Shown: piece by piece, positions 8,895 through 15,723 of the stretch
Layout of the letters: each line of letters opens with the position of its first letter
Numbering within the stretch: the first letter of the stretch is position 1
Assembly (NCBI GenBank): GCA_016839365.1
Contig: JAEOUH010000069.1
Coordinates: 33,698-97,697 of the forward strand
DNA length: 64,000 nucleotides
Direction: 5' to 3'
DNA from: Candidatus Hermodarchaeota archaeon
Lineage (GTDB): Archaea > Asgardarchaeota > Hermodarchaeia > Hermodarchaeales > Hermodarchaeaceae
Translations under genes and position numbers: made by a program
The notes under the pieces: model-generated
The model's input: the letters and a program-made list of their open reading frames with translations, nothing else
Told to the model about the DNA's origin: nothing
Database searches by the model: none

Positions 8895-9215
8895 TTATTG
8901 TCCGACTTCAGGGACTACATCGAGGAGGAAGAATTCATCATCGGTGATTTTTGGTTCTAGCTCCCCGAAGGTTATACCTGGACTTAGCCGGGTGGGTTCA
9001 GGGGCTTTACGGATGAGCACAAATTCTGCACGCTGGTCCCCGATTTTCGCTTTAGCCCAATCGTCAATACTGACGCCCTCATCACGGGCCTGGGTGACAA
9101 GAGTGCGGATGACTTCATCGACACGGGTATCTTCATCAATGCCGATTCGGAATTCCTTTTGACGGGGCTCAACATCGACGATGATTGAGCGCCAAAATCC
9201 TTCATCTTTACTCAA
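8895..9215 (-). CDS. Ubiquitin-like (beta-grasp) protein ending ...VPEVG-Q
   Basis: 106 aa; strand-strand-helix (DTRVDEVIRTLV), then strands, TFGEL (like the Ub TLxD motif), a final strand FLLDV and a near-terminal Gly. SD AGGTGA before TTG; first gene of the E2 operon. Confidence 0.75.
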   Translation of the reverse strand: MSKDEGFWRSIIVDVEPRQKEFRIGIDEDTRVDEVIRTLVTQARDEGVSIDDWAKAKIGDQRAEFVLIRKAPEPTRLSPGITFGELEPKITDDEFFLLDVVPEVGQ

Positions 9216-9457
9216 GACTGTTCACCTACAAAGGGAGGGTCACAGCACGCACTTTAACTTTACTCGAATCTTAGACGCAAGCTCGCCCTTCTTTAATCGT
9301 GAAAGAGAATAGGTCGGCTCAAAATCACAGACTGATGGCGCTTTGTCTTTGGTTGGTGTGAAAGTTTAAGAGTGATGGACTATTGTGACTTAATGTACTT
9401 GGGCAATACTGAACATGCTAGCTGCTCAGGATAATCCGCGGGAGTGCACTCGAGATA
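9216..9457. promoter_or_regulatory. Divergent intergenic region with candidate BRE/TATA elements for the Ubl and SMC operons
   Basis: Minus-strand AAAGTTAAAG (plus-strand ctttaacttt, ~9252-9261) and plus-strand AAAGTTTAAG (9361-9370). Confidence 0.4.
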
Positions 9458-12352
9458 ATGACCACTAGGCACAAGCCATCCTTATCAACTTCACCAATCG
9501 TGTTTCGTAGTATCCGTCTAGTGAACTTTGTCATTCACCGTGATACCACAATCCAACTCGATCAATCCCCTGTCATTCTTATTACAGGCTCCAATGGAAG
9601 CGGAAAAACCTTGATTCTCGACGCCCTGTTGCTCGCAATTGGCGTTGAATCTCGAAGAGCCCAACGTCAACGCAATTCGGCTTTCATCGGTCGATTCGAG
9701 AAATATGCTGAAGTCATTCTAGAACTTAACAACTACCAACTCAATGGGCGACGAGTCTTAAGAAGCCCCGATCCTACCATGTCTGCGCTTCTTGATAAGG
9801 ACGTTGTGTCGATCCGGCTACGAGTCGATGAAACAAACCGAATATCCTATTGGTTGAATGAAAAACGATCAGTGAATGGCCATCAGATTGCTCGTAAAGA
9901 TATTCGGAAACTCTTCCAAGCTGCTGGACTCTTTGGAGATTCTCCCTTAGCTGTTACTGAGGCTGAGACTTTAGACCACTTTGCCTCCCAATCTCCACGA
10001 CGAAAGTTCGAGACTCTCCTGAACGAAACTGGGCTCCGTAATTGGATGGAAAAACTCGAGGAAGCCCGTCTCCTCGTATTACAGGCAAGAGCCAATGTCA
10101 AGCCCCTCGAATACCGGATCCGCCATGAAGAACAGCGCCTCCAGGTTCTGAAGGCAGCCTATGAAGCTTTTCAACAAAAACAGCAGCTCCAACAGAGACA
10201 GAAGGATCTCGACGTTGAAGCGGCCTGGGCTGAAGTGGCTTATCGTGAGGAGCTTGCTAGCCAACTCCAATCACAAGTTACCAGTCTGGAAACCCAACTC
10301 TCCGACCAAAATGAGAAATTGGACAAGTTAGACCAAAGGAAAACCAGCTTGAAAGAGAAGTGCGAAGCGATTGAAGCAAAACGGGAAAAGCTCCTAACAA
10401 CCATGGACTCGCTACACGATGAGCGGTTGCAAGCACAAGGCCATCGGCGAGGGCTAGAGAATGAACTCAAAGGCATGCTAAATCGAACAGAACGATATAC
10501 CAAGCGTCGGAAGCCCGCAACAGGCAAAATTGACGCCATTCAGAAGGAGTTAGCAACGATTATCCAGGATCGAGATGGCATCGATGATCAACTCGCTCAG
10601 GTCCGACAAGATATTGCCTCAACGGAAGAGTACCTCTTTACCAAACCCCAACGGTATCCACATTTTGAAGAGACAATACTTCGGGGCTGCCTCCGATACC
10701 GGTCTGAACTTGATAAACTCGCACTCTCTGATGCAGTGATTGGGCCCCTTTTTGCGCTCATTCGTATGAAACCGGAGTATGCACAGTACGAAACCGCGGT
10801 CAAACTGGCCTTGGGACGCTACTCCTATGCATTCATTGCTCTGAATCGAGAGGTCTTCGTTGAGGCTAAAAACTTGTATGATCATCTCTGGCCACATGAA
10901 AAGCCAGATCTGGTGGTCGCCCGGACAAATCCCACGACCGCGATAACGCGAGATCGCCCAACGGTTTCTTTACCCGTGATTGGTTGGGCAGCTGATCTCA
11001 TTGAAGGGGATATATATGCCATTAGTTTCCTAAGCCGTGTCATAAACACAGCTATCGCGGAGGAAGGAGCCGATCCCAACACGCTAGTCGATGCCTCTCA
11101 ACAACTCAATTGCAACATCATTACTAGTGAAGGAACAAGTCATTATCTCCGAATCGGCGCCTTTGCCCGACCACCCCGACCCGTTACGGTAAGTTTGGAT
11201 GTCTCTCTCAACGATTTGGGACTAGCCCAGGATGGCGCTGATACACGCATTCAACTCCGTGAACTTCGTGAACAAGAAGCTAAACTGATGCGAGACCGAA
11301 TGCGCATCAATTCTGAAATAAGTCAACTTCGGGCAACCCTCCAAGACCTTCAGCAAGTGCACATATCTCATCTTTCTGATGGGGAAAGAACAGCCCTGGT
11401 CACTAGTTCTGAACATCGAGTCGCTGAATTACAACAACTGATTCTTGAACTGGAAACTGAATGCGACAGGCTTAGCCAAGATTATCAGGAATATAACTTA
11501 GAATTATCACCGATCCATTCCCGACAGCAAAAACTATCCGAACAACTCCAAAACCTTGACCTTCGACGATCACGCCGTCAGGTTGAAATCAACCACCTCG
11601 TTGCAGAGCTCAAGCAACGCGAAGATGAATATGAGCATCTCATTAAACAAACCAAACATTTCCGTAAGGCTGCCACAGCACTGGGAGAACGCCCTCAGGC
11701 TGTTCGAAACCCTACTGCGATTCGTGATGAACAAATCCAAATCCAGGCGATGATTGATACTATCACCGCCACAGCAGACGATCGGCAAGCCTTTGAAGAC
11801 CAGGAACAAGTCGTCTCCCAACTCCAAGACTACCTCAAACAACGTCAGCTCCACTTAGAAAATCTGATGACGGACGTTGATCGAAGACTTCTCGAGTGGA
11901 GACGGCAACTCCAAGAGACGGTTGAAATCCTCAACCACCGTATGAACCAATTACTCAGCCACTTCCTCAAGCAAGTCAAACTGCTTATTCGATTCCCCGA
12001 TGAACCCAGTCGTGCGGAGCTCCACCTTCAACTTGCCATTAACCGCAAAGGCGACTGGCGGACCTATCAAGAAATGTCTGGGGGCGAACGGGTCCTAGCC
12101 ACCCAGACTTTCATTTTAGCCCTACACACTCTCGCCAAGAGTCCCCTCCATGTGATTGATGAATTTACCCAACGCCTCGATGAAGCAAGCCGTGCAGCTA
12201 TTCTCAGTGTTGTTCAACGCGCCCTCGATTTAACCCAAAAAGACTCACTAATTCATCCACAGTTTCTTCTAATGGCTCCCTCCACGGTCGGACTCGAGAT
12301 CCCAGAGACTATGCACCACGTCGTGCTGATCAAAGGACAGGTGAAAGTCTAA
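9458..12352 (+). CDS. SMC-family ATPase of the SMC5/6-related type
   Basis: IRLVNF..H, Walker A GSNGSGKT, two long coiled coils around a hinge (VIGPL...AVKLALG..AFI), signature MSGGER, Walker B/D-loop VIDEFTQRLD, and His-less switch QFLLMAP as in SMC5/6 QF/YxxxTP. Confidence 0.9.
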   Translation: MTTRHKPSLSTSPIVFRSIRLVNFVIHRDTTIQLDQSPVILITGSNGSGKTLILDALLLAIGVESRRAQRQRNSAFIGRFEKYAEVILELNNYQLNGRRVLRSPDPTMSALLDKDVVSIRLRVDETNRISYWLNEKRSVNGHQIARKDIRKLFQAAGLFGDSPLAVTEAETLDHFASQSPRRKFETLLNETGLRNWMEKLEEARLLVLQARANVKPLEYRIRHEEQRLQVLKAAYEAFQQKQQLQQRQKDLDVEAAWAEVAYREELASQLQSQVTSLETQLSDQNEKLDKLDQRKTSLKEKCEAIEAKREKLLTTMDSLHDERLQAQGHRRGLENELKGMLNRTERYTKRRKPATGKIDAIQKELATIIQDRDGIDDQLAQVRQDIASTEEYLFTKPQRYPHFEETILRGCLRYRSELDKLALSDAVIGPLFALIRMKPEYAQYETAVKLALGRYSYAFIALNREVFVEAKNLYDHLWPHEKPDLVVARTNPTTAITRDRPTVSLPVIGWAADLIEGDIYAISFLSRVINTAIAEEGADPNTLVDASQQLNCNIITSEGTSHYLRIGAFARPPRPVTVSLDVSLNDLGLAQDGADTRIQLRELREQEAKLMRDRMRINSEISQLRATLQDLQQVHISHLSDGERTALVTSSEHRVAELQQLILELETECDRLSQDYQEYNLELSPIHSRQQKLSEQLQNLDLRRSRRQVEINHLVAELKQREDEYEHLIKQTKHFRKAATALGERPQAVRNPTAIRDEQIQIQAMIDTITATADDRQAFEDQEQVVSQLQDYLKQRQLHLENLMTDVDRRLLEWRRQLQETVEILNHRMNQLLSHFLKQVKLLIRFPDEPSRAELHLQLAINRKGDWRTYQEMSGGERVLATQTFILALHTLAKSPLHVIDEFTQRLDEASRAAILSVVQRALDLTQKDSLIHPQFLLMAPSTVGLEIPETMHHVVLIKGQVKV

Positions 12353-13143
12353 TGATAACTAATGATACTTCTACATTTCTCCGTGCCTTTCCGCGCCGCA
12401 AGGCCTGGTATGACACTTTCCAATACAACTACAAGCGAACACGACTATCATCTTTTGGAACCAAAGGGATAGTAATTACGCTATGGAATCTGACCAAAAA
12501 GTATGAGGTTGCCCTAAAACAGCACGATACGTTCCCGATTAAGGAAGCGGAGATTGACCGTGAAGAAGTTGCCGATGCATACCGCGTCCTTGATACCCCC
12601 TGGGAACGAACTCTCGATGGGCGTTTCTACTATAATCTCGCTTCAATGCAACATCACCGGGATTCTCAATTGGCTGCTCCTGAAATCGCTCCCGAGGAAT
12701 GGATTTCCCAATTTGCCAATGAGGTCAAACGACGCGCGACTCCGGTACTCTTTTTAATTAATCAAGAGCGGACCATCCCACCTTTCCAATTGCCTCCTGC
12801 TGATTCGCCGGTCGCAATGGACGATGCCCCTACCCAAGATGATAAACAGGCTATGCGCAAACACCGTATCTCTTATGAAGAGATCTCCATAGACGCTCTC
12901 GGCGCTAGAAGGGCGGATATCCTGAAACGGCTACAAGGCAAACGATACAACTATGCAGCCCTATCCGAAATCCTAACCAACTGGGAACTCGATTTACTCA
13001 GCCAGATGATTCGGGATAACATCTGTCCTGCAACGTTCGAAAAAACGGCTATCATTTTTCGACACCCTCCACCTAAAACAAATCCTGCTTTCACTGCTGT
13101 TGCCATTACCGCACAAAACCATGAGGAGGTTCCTCGAAAGTGA
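12352..13143 (+). CDS. Hypothetical protein coupled to SMC; candidate kleisin (Nse4/ScpA-like)
   Basis: TAATG overlap with the SMC gene; helical N-part, Pro/acidic linker and C-terminal helical domain. The kleisin call is mainly positional. Confidence 0.45.
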   Translation: MITNDTSTFLRAFPRRKAWYDTFQYNYKRTRLSSFGTKGIVITLWNLTKKYEVALKQHDTFPIKEAEIDREEVADAYRVLDTPWERTLDGRFYYNLASMQHHRDSQLAAPEIAPEEWISQFANEVKRRATPVLFLINQERTIPPFQLPPADSPVAMDDAPTQDDKQAMRKHRISYEEISIDALGARRADILKRLQGKRYNYAALSEILTNWELDLLSQMIRDNICPATFEKTAIIFRHPPPKTNPAFTAVAITAQNHEEVPRK

Positions 13144-13787
13144 CCTCAGATCCAATACCTACTGACACCATCTCTTCCACAAGCGAGGATTCAGAAGAAG
13201 AGGTGTTAGAGCAACGTCATCTCATTGGTCAGCTCTTTGCCGCCCTCACAGCAAGGTTTCGGAATGAGGAAGGCCAACTCAGCATCGGGGTCAAACGGCA
13301 AGATCTTTTAGAAGCCCTTCATATCAATAAGACTGGCTTAGTCCGCCTCCTCGATTTACTCCGCCAGCAAATATCTCCCCTGGGGCTAGAATTGGTTGAA
13401 TATCGAATGGGACGGGACACGCTCTATTGTGTTCGAACCATTTACGGAGTTCCTGGCGAGCTCACTGATCCTGAATACGCCGTATTAGGAGTCATCATTT
13501 CCACTGTAGAACAGGTGAGTAAACTCCATCGTCCACGCCGGGTGGCCACAAAAGACATCGAAACAATCCTTGTAGCCCGTGGGCGCCTCTCCCGCTACCA
13601 ACTCGATCGTATTTTACGACGACTAACCGAGCTAGGCTATATTACGCGAACCGCACGACGAATTACTTACGGTCCACGACTCGAATTGGAATTTGATGCT
13701 GAACGCCGTGAAGCCATCGCCAGCGCAGCAACCCTGTATCTCGCAGGGGCTACAGCTGATTCGGAGGAAGACCTGAATGAAACTTGA
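13140..13787 (+). CDS. Tandem winged-helix KITE protein (Nse1/Nse3-MAGE/ScpB-like)
   Basis: LRQQISPLGLELVEY...LY, LTDPEYAVLGVII and LDRILRRLTELGYI...ITYGPRLELEF resemble Nse1/Nse3 WH-A and WH-B, including the terminal GPRxxxE; GTGA overlap with the upstream gene. Confidence 0.75.
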   Translation: MTSDPIPTDTISSTSEDSEEEVLEQRHLIGQLFAALTARFRNEEGQLSIGVKRQDLLEALHINKTGLVRLLDLLRQQISPLGLELVEYRMGRDTLYCVRTIYGVPGELTDPEYAVLGVIISTVEQVSKLHRPRRVATKDIETILVARGRLSRYQLDRILRRLTELGYITRTARRITYGPRLELEFDAERREAIASAATLYLAGATADSEEDLNET

Positions 13788-14238
13788 TCTCTCCACCGTT
13801 GGCATCAGTTGTGTAGCCTGTGGAACCCGAATCACACTTGAGGAGGCAATCCAGAAGGAATGGCACCAATGTTTACGGTGTCAGTTCTTCATTGATCCCC
13901 ATTGTCTTGGAATTGTCCAAAACACCATGGGTGGGGTCTGCCCCTCATTTAGCCAAGGAGTGACCCGTCATTCCTTGCAAGCTGCTGATATTCCTACAGA
14001 ACAGATCCTCATATTCGTCAAAGATCAATATCAGAAAGGTCACGGAGGTGCTCTCATCGACTCCTTATTTTATACCAGACCTTCAGCTTTAAAGAAACCA
14101 CAACACCCAAGTCAAATGGAATCGAACTCTGAAGAACCTCTCACCCGAGAAGAAATCTGGCAACGCTTTGGACTCGTTTTAGTGCAGCGGTCCCAAGGTA
14201 AATGGAAAACTTGGGAAAAAGTTGGCAGTACTAGCTGA
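13777..14238 (+). CDS. Nse1-RING-like Zn-finger protein, paralog of 7473-7868
   Basis: C-x2-C-x16-C-x2-C-x4-D-x2-C-x11-CP-x8-H; overlaps the end of the KITE gene by 11 nt. Confidence 0.7.
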   Translation: MKLDLSTVGISCVACGTRITLEEAIQKEWHQCLRCQFFIDPHCLGIVQNTMGGVCPSFSQGVTRHSLQAADIPTEQILIFVKDQYQKGHGGALIDSLFYTRPSALKKPQHPSQMESNSEEPLTREEIWQRFGLVLVQRSQGKWKTWEKVGSTS

Positions 14239-14240
14239 TA

Positions 14241-14672
14241 TTGTCCAAGGGACATAAACTATTTACCTATCAACCACTCATGCCTTCCTATACGAATTGG
14301 CTTGCATCATTTTTGGAGTTGATGGGTTTGGGTGACGAAAAGGCTCCCAGTTGGGTAAAACACGCCGTTCGGCGTTGGAAGCAATTCTATAATGAAATTC
14401 AGTTCATCGATGGACAAATTGATACTGCAAATCCGTTGAGTGTAATTTTCCGAAATGAAGCTCTCTTAAATCAAGTAGTATCCCAATCACAGGCTGTCAC
14501 CTCACCCATTGAACCAACCCTTTCAAAGAAAGAAGAATCAGCTCCATCTCAACCTGAAAAGACTCCTTCGCCAAATCCCGAAAAAAAGCAGCGCAAAGGA
14601 TGGTTCATTTCTAAACTCAAAGACCTCCAATACCTATTCAATCGCCCTCTTTGGTCCTGGGATTCTTTCTAG
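14241..14672 (+). CDS. Hypothetical protein, last gene of the SMC operon
   Basis: 2-nt gap after the Zn-finger gene; Pro/Ser/Glu linker and Trp-rich C-terminal tail. Confidence 0.55.
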   Translation: MSKGHKLFTYQPLMPSYTNWLASFLELMGLGDEKAPSWVKHAVRRWKQFYNEIQFIDGQIDTANPLSVIFRNEALLNQVVSQSQAVTSPIEPTLSKKEESAPSQPEKTPSPNPEKKQRKGWFISKLKDLQYLFNRPLWSWDSF

Positions 14673-15649
14673 ATGGGATCATCCAAACCCATTTTGGAAC
14701 GAATCTTCTCGATGACATCTTCTCCCATCCGCTTCGTTTCTGCTGACTCCGTCGTAGGCTCATCCTGCACATCCTCAGACAGTTGAGGGAGACCCGCTAG
14801 TTTTCTCACGATACCAGAAATTGCATGCTTTGCCACAGAAACCTCAGAACCGCCAGAGAGTAGCACCACCAACCGTCCCTCACAGACTTCTTCCGCTGCC
14901 TGCATCAAAATATCTGTCATTGCAGGAAAGGCACGCAACGAAAGATTAAACCCACCATAGTCTAGGGCATGGGCATCATGACCCATGTTCCACAAGATCA
15001 TCTCAGGGCGAATCCGCCTGGCCCAAGGCAGCGCTAAACGACGTACGGCTTCGACAAAGGAGTCATCACTACTCGAACTTGGGAAAGGGACATCCACATG
15101 CCGATGTGTCACCGTATCCAGGCTTTCCCGGAAACTCGCCTCGAAGTTTAAATGGTATACTCCTTCATCATCCCCAAGGACATCACGAGTTCCATCCCCT
15201 GGATGAGGATCCGTATCAACAATGAAAAAACGATTAACTCCATGCATATGTTGCAAATTTCGAACAAGTAAAGCAGAGTTGTTGTAATAGCAAAAACCCC
15301 AGGATGAACCACGACTAGCGTGGTGCCCAGCACAGCCAGTAAAGGCAAAAGCATTGGCTGCCTCGCCAATCCAAACCGCCTCACCTGCTCTTACCGCGGA
15401 TCCCCCCGACACGAGTGAAGCAGAATCATATCCTGATCTTCTAACATGTTGAATGTGATCAGGGGTGTGCACCTGCAGGAGTAAATCCTCACCTACTCTG
15501 GGCGCTTCTTCCAAAATAACCTGAGTAGTCTCCAATGTTCCCGAATCGCGTAAATAGTCAAGTGCCGGTTGTACACGACCAGCTAGCACCGGGTACCCTT
15601 CAACTGCCATTAAAGGATGGTAGAGTACGAGTGTTGGCTTCTTTTTCAT
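14669..15649 (-). CDS. Histone deacetylase/AcuC-family protein
   Basis: GHHA, GFCYYNN, DTDPHPGDGT and GHDAHALD; LSGGS where the family usually has LEGGY. Confidence 0.9.
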   Translation of the reverse strand: MKKKPTLVLYHPLMAVEGYPVLAGRVQPALDYLRDSGTLETTQVILEEAPRVGEDLLLQVHTPDHIQHVRRSGYDSASLVSGGSAVRAGEAVWIGEAANAFAFTGCAGHHASRGSSWGFCYYNNSALLVRNLQHMHGVNRFFIVDTDPHPGDGTRDVLGDDEGVYHLNFEASFRESLDTVTHRHVDVPFPSSSSDDSFVEAVRRLALPWARRIRPEMILWNMGHDAHALDYGGFNLSLRAFPAMTDILMQAAEEVCEGRLVVLLSGGSEVSVAKHAISGIVRKLAGLPQLSEDVQDEPTTESAETKRMGEDVIEKIRSKMGLDDPI

Positions 15650-15723
15650 TCTTATTCACTGCTTGGCATATTGGAGCAAAAAAGGATTTAACAGCATTTA
15701 TCATTTTACTCGAGTAGCCTAGG

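Noticed and set aside
8446-9162. 238-aa plus-strand ORF
   Set aside because: Antisense shadow of the E2 and Ubl genes, which have motifs and SD sites
5014-9215. ThiF/ThiS or MoeB/MoaD/SAMP sulfur-carrier pathway
   Set aside because: An E2 and RING-like genes are present, the Ubl lacks terminal GG, and there are no cofactor-biosynthesis neighbours
9458-12352. Rad50/SbcC
   Set aside because: No central CxxC zinc hook, a globular hinge is present, and there is no adjacent Mre11/SbcD
9458-14672. Wadjet (jetABCD), MukBEF or Lamassu assignment for the SMC operon
   Set aside because: Gene order is SMC first, there is no Toprim/JetD or other effector, and the head and hinge motifs look SMC5/6-like. 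A defence role is not excluded, but these named systems do not fit.
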